64,000 bases of DNA from a bacterium UBP13_UBA5359 (GCA_002410925.1 DHPR01000004.1:1-64000); one strand, 5' to 3'. Positions 28,028-38,482 are shown, counted from the first letter of the stretch. Notes: a model not told the origin generated them from the letters alone. Translations and numbers: made by a program.

Positions 28028-29037
28028 TCAGGAAGGCTATCAGGGATATAACAGAGGGCAGGCAGCTTTCTGAAAGCGATGCAGAGTTAGTTATGACAGA
28101 GATCATGGCGGGAGAGGCCACGCCGGCGCAGATCGGCAGTTTATTGACGGGGCTGCGTCTGAGAGGTGAAACGGTAAAGGAAGTTACCGGTTTTGTACGG
28201 GCAATGCGGCGTTGTGCCGTGCCCTTCTTCACTTCTCGTTCCGTTATCGATACTTGCGGCACAGGCGGAGATATGTCCGGCACCTTCAACGTTTCCACTG
28301 TGGCTGCCTTTGTAGCGTCCGGAGCGGGGCTGGCGGTAGCCAAACATGGTAATCGCTCTGTTAGCAGCCAGTGCGGCAGCGCCGATGTTCTGGAAGCTAT
28401 GGGTGTTGACATTGCTCTTCTTCCAGAGAGAGCTTCGGTCTGTCTGGAGCAGACAGGGTTTACCTTTCTCTTTGCACAGCGTTACCATCCGGCTATGAAA
28501 CATGCTGCCGCTCCTCGGCGTGAATTGGGCATTCGTACGGCTTTCAATATTATGGGACCGCTGGCCAATCCAGCCGGAGCTGTAGCTCAGGTGGTGGGTG
28601 TTTATGCGCCGGAGCTGACCGAATTTGCCGCCAGTATACTGGCTAATCTGGGGACAGAGCGTGCTTTGGTGGTACATGGTGAGCCCAGGCTGGATGAGAT
28701 ATCCATCTGTGGTTCTACCAGAGTAACGGAACTGTGCGGCGGGAGGATCAGAACCTACATGATAACCCCGGAGGATTTCGGTTTGAAACGGCTGAAGCCG
28801 AAAGATATAAGAGGTGGAAACGCCGCCGTCAATGCCGCCATCGCTCTCTCTGTTTTGGCGGGGGAGACAGGACCGGCTCGTGATTTGACACTGCTCAATG
28901 CCGGAGCCGCTCTCTACGTGGGAGGAACGGTCGGTGATCTGCGTGAGGGAGTCAAGCTGGCTGCGGAGATCATAGACCGGGGATTGGCTATGGCCTGTCT
29001 GGAGAAGGTAAGGAGGGTGTCGAATGAATTGCCTTAA
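28024..29037 (+). CDS. trpD: Anthranilate phosphoribosyltransferase
   Basis: DTCGTGGD, FNVST, KHGNRSVSS..GSADVLE and GPLANP. Confidence 0.96.
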   Translation: MIRKAIRDITEGRQLSESDAELVMTEIMAGEATPAQIGSLLTGLRLRGETVKEVTGFVRAMRRCAVPFFTSRSVIDTCGTGGDMSGTFNVSTVAAFVASGAGLAVAKHGNRSVSSQCGSADVLEAMGVDIALLPERASVCLEQTGFTFLFAQRYHPAMKHAAAPRRELGIRTAFNIMGPLANPAGAVAQVVGVYAPELTEFAASILANLGTERALVVHGEPRLDEISICGSTRVTELCGGRIRTYMITPEDFGLKRLKPKDIRGGNAAVNAAIALSVLAGETGPARDLTLLNAGAALYVGGTVGDLREGVKLAAEIIDRGLAMACLEKVRRVSNELP

Positions 29038-29944
29038 CGAAGACACATGTCTACGTTTACAAGCTACGGCACGGCAAGCCCGCCTGCGCTCTACGAGCTA
29101 CGATGCGGCAAGCAAAAAGGGAACTGCCTTTGAGGGGGGGTTTCTGAATACTATGCGCAAATTGAAAGAGAGTGAAATCGCCGAACGCTGTCGGCGATAT
29201 TCACTGGCTGAACTCAGAGCTGCCTGTAGAGATCTGGCGCCCAGCCGCGACTTTGCCGGTGCCTTGAGCTGTCCGGGCATCTCCGTAATCGCTGAGCTCA
29301 AGTATGCCTCACCCTCGAAGGGCAGAATAAGCAGCAAGCCGGTCCCGGAAGAGGTGGCTAAAAGTTATGAGCTAGGCGGAGCGGCGGCCATCTCTATCCT
29401 GACAGAGGAGAAGTATTTTTGCGGCAATACGGCTTATTTGGGCAGGGTTCGTGCCGTTGTGAATCTGCCCCTGCTGCGCAAGGATTTCATTATAGATCCT
29501 TATCAGGTTTACGAGAGCCGGCTGGCCGGGGCCGATGCCTTGCTGCTTATCAAGGCCATGCTGAGTGTCGGGCAACTCTCTGATTTGGTCGGGTTGGCAG
29601 CAGAATTGGGGCTGGCAGCCCTGACGGAGGTGCACGATGAGGCTGAGATGGAAGAGGCGCTATCGGCCGATGCCCGGCTGATCGGTATCAACAACCGAGA
29701 TTTATCTACTCTGTCAGTGGATACCGGCAAGGCGATAAAGCTGGCCGGGCATTACCGGGAGAAGAAAGATGACAAGGGCCTGCTTCTGGTAGCTGAGAGC
29801 GGCTATTTCAGGCATGAAGATATAGCCCCTCTGCCACAGCAGGGCATTGATGCCGTGCTGGTAGGAGAGGCCCTGATGCGAGCTGAAGATCAAAGAGCTG
29901 CTGTTAAAAATTTGCTGAGAGGCAAACTGAATGACCAGAGTTAA
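29024..29944 (+). CDS. trpC: Indole-3-glycerol phosphate synthase (repeat-derived N-terminal extension; start uncertain)
   Basis: IAELKYASPSKG, LRKDFI, GINNRDL, AESG and LVGEALM. Confidence 0.94.
   Translation: MNCLNEDTCLRLQATARQARLRSTSYDAASKKGTAFEGGFLNTMRKLKESEIAERCRRYSLAELRAACRDLAPSRDFAGALSCPGISVIAELKYASPSKGRISSKPVPEEVAKSYELGGAAAISILTEEKYFCGNTAYLGRVRAVVNLPLLRKDFIIDPYQVYESRLAGADALLLIKAMLSVGQLSDLVGLAAELGLAALTEVHDEAEMEEALSADARLIGINNRDLSTLSVDTGKAIKLAGHYREKKDDKGLLLVAESGYFRHEDIAPLPQQGIDAVLVGEALMRAEDQRAAVKNLLRGKLNDQS
29048..29113. repeat. Tandem ~33-nt REP-like repeat pair in the 5' part of trpC
   Basis: tgtctacgtttacaagctacggcacggcaagcc followed by cgcctgcgctctacgagctacgatgcggcaagc. Confidence 0.65.
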
Positions 29945-30557
29945 AATCTGTGGCATAACCAATATCGACGATGCTCTGTCAGCCGTCACGGCCGGCGCCG
30001 ATGCTTTGGGATTTGTTTTTGCTGCAAGCTCCAGGCAGGTAAGCGTGAAAAAAGCAGTGGGGATAATATCCGCTCTGCCGCCGTTGGTGACGGCGGTGGG
30101 AGTCTTTGTGGATGCCTCGGCAGGGGAGATCAGGCGCACCGCCTCTGCTTGCGGTTTGAGCGCCGTACAGCTGCACGGCAATGAAAGTCCGGCCCTTTGC
30201 CGGGAGCTGTCTCCGCTACGGGTGATCAAGGCCTTCCGGATAGCTATGGAAGAGGATCTACGGCCGTTGGCCGAATATACAGAATGCGCTCATCTGTTGG
30301 ACAGCCGGGTAGCCGGCCTGGCCGGCGGCAGTGGAGAGAGATTCGACTGGAGTCTGGCCGCAAGTGCCGCCGCTATAAGCCCTTGCCTTATCCTGGCCGG
30401 AGGGCTTACCCCGGATAATGTATCCGGGGCTGTAGCCGTCGTCAATCCCTGGGGTGTGGATGTCAGCAGCGGAGTGGAGAGCAGCCCCGGAGTTAAGGAT
30501 GTGGAATTGATGATAAAGTTTGTTGCAGAGGTTAAGAATATAGCTGCTAACAAGTAA
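29931..30557 (+). CDS. trpF: Phosphoribosylanthranilate isomerase
   Basis: VKICGIT, VQLHGNE, GGSG..FDW, LAGGL and DVSSGVE. Confidence 0.96.
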   Translation: MTRVKICGITNIDDALSAVTAGADALGFVFAASSRQVSVKKAVGIISALPPLVTAVGVFVDASAGEIRRTASACGLSAVQLHGNESPALCRELSPLRVIKAFRIAMEEDLRPLAEYTECAHLLDSRVAGLAGGSGERFDWSLAASAAAISPCLILAGGLTPDNVSGAVAVVNPWGVDVSSGVESSPGVKDVELMIKFVAEVKNIAANK

Positions 30558-30579
30558 ATAACAAGGAGGAAAAATAAAG

Positions 30580-31764
30580 GTGTCTACCCGACAAGAATGG
30601 CATTTTGGAGAATTCGGCGGACGCTATGTGCCTGAGACATTGATGCCGGCCCTGGAAGAGCTGGCTGAAGAGTATACCCGGGCTCAGGCTGATCCCGCCT
30701 TTATAGAGGAACTGGACTACTACCTGCGTCAATACGTCGGCCGGCCTACCCCACTTTATCAGGCCAAGCGCCTGACGGAGATGCTGGGCGGGGCCCGTAT
30801 ATATCTGAAGCGGGAGGACCTCTGTCATACCGGATCGCATAAGCTAAACAATACTATGGGGCAGGTGCTGCTGGCCAGGCGTATGGGTAAGCCCAGAGTG
30901 ATAGCTGAGACAGGTGCAGGGCAGCATGGCGTAGCTGCGGCTACCGTGGCCGCTCTCTTCGGCCTGGAATGCCATGTCTATATGGGAGCCGAGGATATGA
31001 GACGCCAGGCTCTTAATGTCTATCGCATGCGCCTGCTGGGCGCCAGAGTCATAGGCGTGGAATCCGGCAGCCGCACCTTGAAAGAGGCCACCAGCGAAGC
31101 TATGCGGGATTGGGCTGCTACGGTGGAGCATACTCATTATATTATCGGCTCTGTGGTCGGCCCTCATCCCTATCCGACTATGGTCAGGGATTTTCAGGCT
31201 GTTATCGGTCGTGAGGTGGAGCGTGATATGCTGCAGCAAGAGGGACGCCTGCCTGATTATCTGGTAGCCTGTGTTGGTGGCGGCAGCAATGCCATGGGCC
31301 TTTTTCATCAGTTTGTGAATAAAGGGCCCCGGCTGATAGGCGTGGAAGCCGGAGGCCTGGGTCTGAGCGGCGATAAACACTCTGCTTCTATCAACGCCGG
31401 CAGCCCCGGCATCCTGCATGGCGCACGTAGCTTTATCATTCAGGATGATCAGGGACAGGTACTGCCGACACACTCTGTTTCGGCCGGCCTGGATTATCCT
31501 GGAGTGGGGCCGGAGCATGCCTGGCTTAAAGATACCGGGCGGGCAGAGTATATCACTGCCACCGATGCCGAAGCGTTGGAGGCCTTTCATCTGTTGGCCG
31601 AATATGAAGGTATAATTCCCGCCCTGGAGAGTTCGCATGCCGTGGCTGGTGCCGTACGACTGGCACCCTGCCTGGAACGTGATACGCTGATGGTTGTGAA
31701 TATCTCCGGCCGTGGCGATAAGGATGTCAATGAAATTGCTGAAGCGGAGGGAGTAGCTTTATGA
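30580..31764 (+). CDS. trpB: Tryptophan synthase beta chain
   Basis: [17 protein letters not shown] (PLP lysine), [13 protein letters not shown] and [11 protein letters not shown]. Confidence 0.97.
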   Translation: MSTRQEWHFGEFGGRYVPETLMPALEELAEEYTRAQADPAFIEELDYYLRQYVGRPTPLYQAKRLTEMLGGARIYLKREDLCHTGSHKLNNTMGQVLLARRMGKPRVIAETGAGQHGVAAATVAALFGLECHVYMGAEDMRRQALNVYRMRLLGARVIGVESGSRTLKEATSEAMRDWAATVEHTHYIIGSVVGPHPYPTMVRDFQAVIGREVERDMLQQEGRLPDYLVACVGGGSNAMGLFHQFVNKGPRLIGVEAGGLGLSGDKHSASINAGSPGILHGARSFIIQDDQGQVLPTHSVSAGLDYPGVGPEHAWLKDTGRAEYITATDAEALEAFHLLAEYEGIIPALESSHAVAGAVRLAPCLERDTLMVVNISGRGDKDVNEIAEAEGVAL

Positions 31765-32558
31765 GCCGGATAGCAGAGAGTTTTAAAGAGCTTAAGGAGC
31801 GTAATGAAGCGGCTTTGATACCCTTTGTTACCGCCGGGTACCCCGATTTGCAGCAGAGCCTCAGGGTAATCCTGGCTCTGGCAGAAGCTGGAGCCGATAT
31901 CATTGAGCTGGGGATACCGTATTCCGATCCCGTGGCTGACGGACCGGTCATCCAGAGAGCCTCGCAGCAGGCCCGAGCCGCCGGCATGGATCTGGAGACC
32001 TTCTTCAGCCTGGTAGCGGGAGTCAGGCAGAAGACCCGCGTGCCCCTGGTGGCTATGACTTATTACAATCCCGTCTTCGTTTACGGGCAGAAGCGTTTTG
32101 CCGATAACTGCCGGCAGAACGGCATAGATGGCGTTATTATTTCCGATCTGCCGCCGGAAGAGGGGAGGGATTGGCTGAAGATTGCCGTCGCTGCCGGCCT
32201 TGACACTATTCTGCTGGCCGCTCCTACCAGCACGGAAGAGAGGATCAGAAGGGTTATTGACAGTACCTCAGGCTTCATCTATTGTGTCTCCCGGCCGGGT
32301 GTGACCGGTGCTGATCAGGCTCTCTCCACCTCACTGCGCCCTCGGCTGGAGCGGATGCGGGCTATAACCGATAAACCGCTCTGCGTAGGCTTCGGCCTCT
32401 CCACGCCCGAGCATATTCGTCAGGTGGCCGTGCTGGCCGACGGCGCCGTGATAGGCAGTGCTCTGGTACGTCTGATAGCAGATAATGCCGTTGCGCCCGA
32501 TCTGCTTGACAGGGTAAGAGACTTTACGGCGATGCTGAAGCAGGCAACGATACGGTAG
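31761..32558 (+). CDS. trpA: Tryptophan synthase alpha chain
   Basis: [26 protein letters not shown] and VGFG. Confidence 0.97.
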   Translation: MSRIAESFKELKERNEAALIPFVTAGYPDLQQSLRVILALAEAGADIIELGIPYSDPVADGPVIQRASQQARAAGMDLETFFSLVAGVRQKTRVPLVAMTYYNPVFVYGQKRFADNCRQNGIDGVIISDLPPEEGRDWLKIAVAAGLDTILLAAPTSTEERIRRVIDSTSGFIYCVSRPGVTGADQALSTSLRPRLERMRAITDKPLCVGFGLSTPEHIRQVAVLADGAVIGSALVRLIADNAVAPDLLDRVRDFTAMLKQATIR

Positions 32559-32648
32559 GATTCACCCTTTTGTCGGCGACATGGCCATCTTGGCTCACTG
32601 CCGGAGGCGCTGTGGCTCTCTGGTATAACCCGCTGCCGGAGAGGATCC

Positions 32649-32722
32649 ATCATACCTAGCCCTATGGAGGCTGGTATACTGGTATAGATGTACTGCAGTT
32701 CGATCAACCTGATCTGCACGGA
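32649..32722 (+). pseudogene. Small fragment of a uroporphyrinogen decarboxylase (URO-D/MtaA-like) family gene
   Basis: Removing one copy of the 8-nt duplication ctggtata (32671-32686) gives IIPSPMEAGIDVLQFDQPDLHG. Confidence 0.5.
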
Positions 32723-32856
32723 AGATGCTTACGGCGGCATAATGAGGGGTCTGAGGGCGATGAATCCTTCCTTGCAGGCGGCCTCAAGCTACTTGTAAAG
32801 ATAGGAATTAAAGACTCTCATTATTTTTCAAGGCGCTTCAAAAGGCAGGAAGGTAT

Positions 32857-32885
32857 CTCTCCTGACCAGTACAGGAGGCTTTTTT
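32857..32885 (+). terminator. Probable Rho-independent terminator downstream of the trp operon
   Basis: ctcctg-accagta-caggag hairpin followed by a T6 tract. Confidence 0.55.
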
Positions 32886-32928
32886 ATCGCACTTATGAAA
32901 ATAGTATCTGAGGGAAGTAAAACCTGGC

Positions 32929-32978
32929 CCGCTGATTCCTGATCTTTCTTATTTCTTGAGTAATGGGTTGCCGGATTC
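32929..32978. repeat. Direct repeat copy A (43/50 identical to 34685-34734, the nagB 3' end)
   Basis: Manual alignment: ccgctgattcctgatctttcttatttcttgagtaatgggttgccggattc. Confidence 0.85.
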
Positions 32979-33057
32979 CTCTGCTGTTCTGCTGACAGAA
33001 CAGCCTGAAGGAGGAAGCGGCTTGCCGGGAGGCAATGAGACGGGTATAAGGAAGATT

Positions 33058-33879
33058 TTACGTTGCTACTCTTGGATAAAGCTTAATCCCTATGGCGGTC
33101 AGGAGAATGGTTATGCCTGCAAGCACGACTATATCCATACCTAAACCGTAATGGCTTACTCCCTGGGACAGCATCAGGCTGCGTAAAGCATCTACTTCGT
33201 AGGTTAGCGGATTACCTTTGGCGATAATCTGCAACCAGCGCGGCATCAGGGAGATAGGATAGATGGCATTGCTGGCAAAGAAGAGGGGCATGGTCATGAT
33301 CTGGCCGATGCCCATAAAGCGCTCTCGCGTTTTGACAATGCAGGCGATGATCAGGGAGAAGGTGGCAAAGCAGGCAGCTCCCAACATCACTACCGCCACC
33401 ACGCCCAGCAAAGCCGGCAGATGCCAGTTGATATTAACGCCGATAATGGTTGCCAGAATGTAAATAATGATCACCTGTGACAAGGCACGTATACCGGCAG
33501 AGAGCGCTTTGCCCAGCACCAGGGCTGAGCGCGGCGCCGGACTGACCAGAAACTTATGCACGATGCCGAGGTCCCGCTCCCAGATGACGGCGATGCCGTA
33601 GAAGATGGCGATGAAGAGCACACTCTGTGCCAGTATCCCTGGAGCGATGAAATCCCGGTAATGCGAGATGCCGGTGCCGCTCATTCTGCCGAAGACCTGG
33701 CCGAAGATCAGCAGCCAGAGCGCTGGTTGCACGGCTCGGAAGAAGAGCTCGGTGGGATCGTGCCGGAGCTTCCGTAACTCCAGTTCGGCGATAGCCAGTG
33801 TTTTATAGAGAACGCTTGTCAAAGTTGCCAGCGGATTATCCCAGCCGGCGGGTGATGCGGCGCATTCTCGATGCTTCAC
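33058..33879 (-). CDS. ABC-2 type exporter permease (DrrB-like)
   Basis: Hydrophobic ABC-2 pattern, VQP.LWL.IFG, WERD.G, F.SNA.YP and NPLTY.VDALR. Confidence 0.88.
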   Translation of the reverse strand: MKHRECAASPAGWDNPLATLTSVLYKTLAIAELELRKLRHDPTELFFRAVQPALWLLIFGQVFGRMSGTGISHYRDFIAPGILAQSVLFIAIFYGIAVIWERDLGIVHKFLVSPAPRSALVLGKALSAGIRALSQVIIIYILATIIGVNINWHLPALLGVVAVVMLGAACFATFSLIIACIVKTRERFMGIGQIMTMPLFFASNAIYPISLMPRWLQIIAKGNPLTYEVDALRSLMLSQGVSHYGLGMDIVVLAGITILLTAIGIKLYPRVAT

Positions 33880-34633
33880 GGAAGCCTCCTTCCTTCTCCA
33901 AGGGGCCCCCTGCGTAGTAGACAAAGACATCATCCAGAGTAGCTTCGGCAAGAGGCAACGAAAGTTTCAATTCATCGGGGGAGCCCACGGCCCGGACGGT
34001 GCCGCGATGCAAGATGGCTATGCGGTCACAGAGGCTGTCGGCCTCTTCCATAGAATGCGTGGTCAGAAAGATAGTGGTGTCGTATTCGCAGCATAACTGC
34101 GTGATATGATTCCAGACCAGATGTCGTGCCACCGGATCCAGGCCGACGGTAGGCTCATCCAAAAAGAGCACTCGTGGCCGGTGCAACAGCGACTGGGCTA
34201 TCTCCAAGCGGCGGATCATGCCGCCGGAGTAGGTGCTTACCAGTTGATCGGCGGCATCGGCCAACCCCATAAACGCCAGGGCGGATTTGATACGCTCTTG
34301 ACGCTGGCGGCGGGGAATATCGTAAAGCTTGGCAAAGATCAGCAGGTTTTCGTAGCCGGTCAGCATACCATCGGCAGAGAGAAGCTGCGGCACATAGCCG
34401 ATTAGGCGGCGCACCGCTCCGGACTGGCGAACGATATCACAGTTCGCAATCCTGGCTGTCCCCGATGTCGGCGGCAGCAGGGTGGTCAGCATTTTGATGA
34501 CCGTACTTTTGCCGGCTCCGTTAGGACCCAGCAGGCCGAATATCTCGCCGCCGGCCACGGTAACGGAGAAGCTGTCCACGGCGGTAAAGTGGCCGAACCG
34601 TTTGGTAAGATTCTGTGCTTCCAGAATATCCAT
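33836..34633 (-). CDS. ABC exporter ATP-binding subunit (DrrA-like)
   Basis: [39 protein letters not shown] and TLDDVF. Confidence 0.92.
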   Translation of the reverse strand: MDILEAQNLTKRFGHFTAVDSFSVTVAGGEIFGLLGPNGAGKSTVIKMLTTLLPPTSGTARIANCDIVRQSGAVRRLIGYVPQLLSADGMLTGYENLLIFAKLYDIPRRQRQERIKSALAFMGLADAADQLVSTYSGGMIRRLEIAQSLLHRPRVLFLDEPTVGLDPVARHLVWNHITQLCCEYDTTIFLTTHSMEEADSLCDRIAILHRGTVRAVGSPDELKLSLPLAEATLDDVFVYYAGGPLEKEGGFREASRMRRITRRLG

Positions 34634-34684
34634 GACATTCCTTTCCCAGTTGCTATGAAGTTTAACATAGGGAAAAGGGGGCGG

Positions 34685-34734
34685 CCGATAATCCCTAATC
34701 TTTCTTATTTCTTGGGTAATAGGCTGCCGGATTC
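34685..34734. repeat. Direct repeat copy B (nagB last codons, stop and flank)
   Basis: ccgataatccctaatctttcttatttcttgggtaataggctgccggattc. Confidence 0.85.
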
Positions 34735-35445
34735 TGCATCTAAGAATACATAACAGCTTGGGTGTTGTTTGAGAATTGACGCAGGATGAAGATTGGACAC
34801 CTTATCATCTCCAAAGCAATCCCGGACAGCCTCTGCTTTCCGCGCATCCGGTACTGTACAAATAATATGCTTGGCTTTCATGATTTGTTTGATGCCCATA
34901 GAGATAGCCTTTTCAGGCACCTCATCGAAAGACTTAAACCAGCCCTCGCCCAGTTGCTGGTTGCGGCATTTTTCATCTAACTCCACCACGATGAACGCAT
35001 CTTCTGTTTCAAAATCAGCCGGTGGATCATTGAAAGCCAGGTGGCCGTTCTCGCCAATACCAACAAAGGCAACATCAATAGGCTCTCTGGAGATCAATTT
35101 CTGGAGCCGTTTGCACTCAGCTTCTGAATCAGCTTCGCCATTTACCAGATTAACTTCACCGGGGTGCACCTTACTGATAAACCGCTCCTTAAGATATTTG
35201 CGGAAGCTGGCAGGATGGCTCTCTGGAAGACCGATATACTCATCGAGATGAAACATCCTGGTTTTGCTCCAATCAATCTGAGAATCTGCTATCAGGGCCT
35301 GCAAAAAATGGAACTGGGATGCGCCTGTAGCTGCAATAAAAGTGGCGGTACCATTTTTTGCAATTGCCTCTTTAAGAATCTGTGCTGCCTTCTTGCCTGC
35401 CTCCTGACCGCACTCAAGACAGGTTTTGTAAATCCCAATTTCCAT
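34705..35445 (-). CDS. nagB: Glucosamine-6-phosphate deaminase
   Basis: ATGASQ, FHLDEY, HPASF..YL, GIGENGHLAFNDP and PASIL..HP. Confidence 0.9.
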   Translation of the reverse strand: MEIGIYKTCLECGQEAGKKAAQILKEAIAKNGTATFIAATGASQFHFLQALIADSQIDWSKTRMFHLDEYIGLPESHPASFRKYLKERFISKVHPGEVNLVNGEADSEAECKRLQKLISREPIDVAFVGIGENGHLAFNDPPADFETEDAFIVVELDEKCRNQQLGEGWFKSFDEVPEKAISMGIKQIMKAKHIICTVPDARKAEAVRDCFGDDKVSNLHPASILKQHPSCYVFLDAESGSLLPKK

Positions 35446-35934
35446 TAAATTCCCTCCTGATTTTTAATACATTTTAAAACGCATTTAAAAAGTGCTTAAA
35501 CAACAGCCACTTTAAGTATTTCGCTCTTCTCTGCAGTTTTCCTGCTTTTGCCAAAAAGATTATCGCCTGGTCACCCTCCCGGCTCCGTTTTCTGCCTTCA
35601 TTGTACAGCTCTTACATGCAATATAACTACGGTCACTTGAAAAAGTGCGAGTTCAATAGCGTATGAGCTGGAGAATTCAGAACCGTTATCGCCCAATAGA
35701 ACAGGGAATTATCGCTGAAACAGCTTCTTGCCTGGGAGAGAATAAAGGCTTTCAAATATATCCAGAACCGATGAGCGGCTCGCTCTTGCTGAGCACGAAT
35801 TCAATTCGGCTCCGGTCATCAAGGGTTAAAGGGTTAAATGTGACCTCTTCAAAGCAGTTCAATATGGCCGCCCTGGCTTTTTATTCCGCCACGTCGCCTT
35901 TATTGTGGTATAATACAATACTATAGTTTATGTT

Positions 35935-37599
35935 TTGTCTGCACACGCAGGCTTTGTAAAGGGGTTATTTTCTTTGCCTGTGCTGGATAAAGTCGGCGGT
36001 GATATTTTACGCCGTTCGATTGTCGCCGGCGCCGTCTGGGTGGGGCGGGAGCGACAAAAGATAGATGCTCTTAATGTTTTTCCGGTTCCGGATGGTGATA
36101 CGGGAACCAATATGTATCTAACTTTGCTGGGAGCTGCCAGAACGGTGGCCAGAAGGCGGGGCGCCTCTGTGGAAAAGGTGGCGTCGGATGCGGCTATGGG
36201 CGCTCTTTTAGGGGCCAGGGGCAATTCCGGTGTTATCTTGTCTCAATTTTTTCATGGTTTTAGTGAAGCATTGAAAGGATGCTCCATGCTGGGTGTGCGG
36301 GAATTGGCTACAGCTATGGCAGAGGGATATCGCTGTGCCCATGCTGCTGTGGGGCGGCCGGTAGAGGGAACTATTCTGACGGTTATGCGGCGAGCGGCTG
36401 CAGCTGCCAGACTGGCCGTAAATCGTGGTGACGACATGGAAACAGTTCTTTCCATAATACTGGCGGAAACCCGGCTGGCTGTTTCGGAGACGCCTGAACA
36501 GCTGCCGGTGCTTCGTGATGCCGGCGTAGTAGATGCGGGCGGGCAGGGCTTTCTATCCTTTCTGGAGGGCGTATGGAGCTTTATTATGCAGAAAAAACTT
36601 GGTCGCGGTCTGCTGTCCGCGATAAGGACAGGTCGTTCAACAACAGAAACCCTGCCGGCTTCTGTTGAGCATCGTTATTGTACAGAGTTCGTGATGATAA
36701 ATTCTGCTGTAGATGCAGAGGAAGCCAGAACGGCCTTGGAACCGCTGGGCTCATCTCTGCTGGCAGTGGGGGAGGAAAGCCTGTTAAAGGTTCATATTCA
36801 TACCGATGATCCGGGTGCAGTGCTGGCCTGGGCTACGTCCGAGGGTGAATTGGAAGGGATCAAGATAGATAACATGCTCAACCAGACTTTAAAGAGGTTG
36901 TCCAATGAAAAGGAGAGGACACCGGATAGCCCTGAAAAGCAGGTATTGGGAAGCGGTGTGGTGGCTGTGGCATCAGGTCATGGCCTTGAAGAGCTGTTAT
37001 CCGCTCTGGGGGCCGGGATAGTGATTTGTGGCGGGCAGACTATGAATCCCAGCGTAGAGGAGCTTCTTCAGGCAGTGGAAGAGCTACCGCAGACGGAGAT
37101 AATAATTCTTCCCAACAATGGCAATATTGTTATGGCTGCCCGAAGGTTGTCAGCGTTGACGCAGAAAAGGGTGCGTGTGGTGCCGTCAAAGGATCCCGCT
37201 CAGGGAATAGCCGCCATGCTGCACTTTGATTCTTCGCTGGATGTGGAGAAGAACCTGGAGGCCATGTCGGAAGTGCTGGAACATATTGCCTCCGGTGAGA
37301 TCACCAAGGCGGTTCGCGGAGTTACTCTCGATGGTATTAAAATACGCAAAGGTGATTATATAGGTTTGATCTCCGGCAAAATAGTAGTTGCCGGGCGATC
37401 TCCCGATAATGTTCTTCCAAGGCTGTTGGAGAATATGGCCGCCGGTTGGGGACTGGCTACAATCTATTATGGGGAGGATATTGATGCTACCCGCGCGGAA
37501 AAGACGGCTCAGGCTGTCAGGGAGAGATTCCCGGAGGCGGAAGTAGAAGTAGTGGAAGGCGGACAGCCTCACTACCATTATTTGATAGCGGTGGAATAA
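35935..37599 (+). CDS. fakA: DAK2-domain fatty acid kinase catalytic subunit (YloV-like); start may be ~35980
   Basis: LNVFPVPDGDTGTNM, GARGNSG, VVDAGG, YCTEF, KVHIHT, GGQTMNPS and GGQPHY. Confidence 0.93.
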   Translation: MSAHAGFVKGLFSLPVLDKVGGDILRRSIVAGAVWVGRERQKIDALNVFPVPDGDTGTNMYLTLLGAARTVARRRGASVEKVASDAAMGALLGARGNSGVILSQFFHGFSEALKGCSMLGVRELATAMAEGYRCAHAAVGRPVEGTILTVMRRAAAAARLAVNRGDDMETVLSIILAETRLAVSETPEQLPVLRDAGVVDAGGQGFLSFLEGVWSFIMQKKLGRGLLSAIRTGRSTTETLPASVEHRYCTEFVMINSAVDAEEARTALEPLGSSLLAVGEESLLKVHIHTDDPGAVLAWATSEGELEGIKIDNMLNQTLKRLSNEKERTPDSPEKQVLGSGVVAVASGHGLEELLSALGAGIVICGGQTMNPSVEELLQAVEELPQTEIIILPNNGNIVMAARRLSALTQKRVRVVPSKDPAQGIAAMLHFDSSLDVEKNLEAMSEVLEHIASGEITKAVRGVTLDGIKIRKGDYIGLISGKIVVAGRSPDNVLPRLLENMAAGWGLATIYYGEDIDATRAEKTAQAVRERFPEAEVEVVEGGQPHYHYLIAVE

Positions 37600-37627
37600 G
37601 AAAAGGGCTTCCCGAAAGGAGAAAACA

Positions 37628-38467
37628 ATGGCTTCTTTTAACGTGGTTACCGATAGCACAGCAGATTTAAATACGGAAGAGCGGCAACGATACGGTATAA
37701 GTGTAATTCCACTTAAGATTCAGTTTGGGCTGGAAGGTTTCAAGGATATGAAAAATCTGAATCAGGAAGGCTGGCAGCAACGCTTCTTGCAGGGCGCTTG
37801 GCCTACTACTTCGCAGCCTTCCATTGGTGATTTTATGACCTGCTATGATCGACTGGAAGGCCCAGTTATGTCTATACATTTGTCTGCCGGTCTCAGCGGA
37901 ACAGCTAGAACCGCTAATGCAGCAGCTACAGCGCCTTTGTTGCGTGAAACCAGGGTGATTGATTCCGCTATGGCTTCAGCCGGATTGGCATATCAGGTCC
38001 TGGCGGCAGCGGAGATTGCCAGGGCTGGAGGAACTTTGGACCAGGCTGTAAAAGCGGTGGCTGATTTGCGTTGTCGTACCCAGGCTAATTTCATGGTCGA
38101 TTCATTGGATTACTTGCAAAAGGGCGGACGCATAGGACGGCTTCAGACCTGGGCAGGTATAAAGCTGCAGATAAAACCCATCCTTTATCTGGAGAACGGC
38201 ATTATTCAGGTGAAAGAGCGTGTGCGTACGCGCAAGCAGGCGTTGATGAGGCTGGTGAAGCTATCTCTGGCCGGCGGGATGCCCGAGAAAGCCAGTGTGG
38301 TACACTTCCTAGGTACAGAGGCAGCTGAGGAAGTGGCAGCTATGTTCAAGAGTGAAACGGGTCTGGAGCCGGAGATACGCCATATAAGTTGTGTTTTGGG
38401 AACGCATATTGGTCCTGGAGCCGTAGGGTTGATCTTTCTTGCGCCGAACAACTTGCATGGGGCATGA
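37628..38467 (+). CDS. fakB: DegV-family fatty acid binding protein
   Basis: VTDSTADL, TTSQPS, S.GLSGT, L.KGGRIG and THIGPG; follows fakA. Confidence 0.9.
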   Translation: MASFNVVTDSTADLNTEERQRYGISVIPLKIQFGLEGFKDMKNLNQEGWQQRFLQGAWPTTSQPSIGDFMTCYDRLEGPVMSIHLSAGLSGTARTANAAATAPLLRETRVIDSAMASAGLAYQVLAAAEIARAGGTLDQAVKAVADLRCRTQANFMVDSLDYLQKGGRIGRLQTWAGIKLQIKPILYLENGIIQVKERVRTRKQALMRLVKLSLAGGMPEKASVVHFLGTEAAEEVAAMFKSETGLEPEIRHISCVLGTHIGPGAVGLIFLAPNNLHGA

Positions 38468-38482
38468 CGATAGGAGAGAATT

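Noticed and set aside
28141-29046. 301-aa minus-strand ORF (similar cases at 30844-31638 and 52373-53146)
   Set aside because: Antisense shadows of well-supported genes (trpD, trpB, oxidoreductase)
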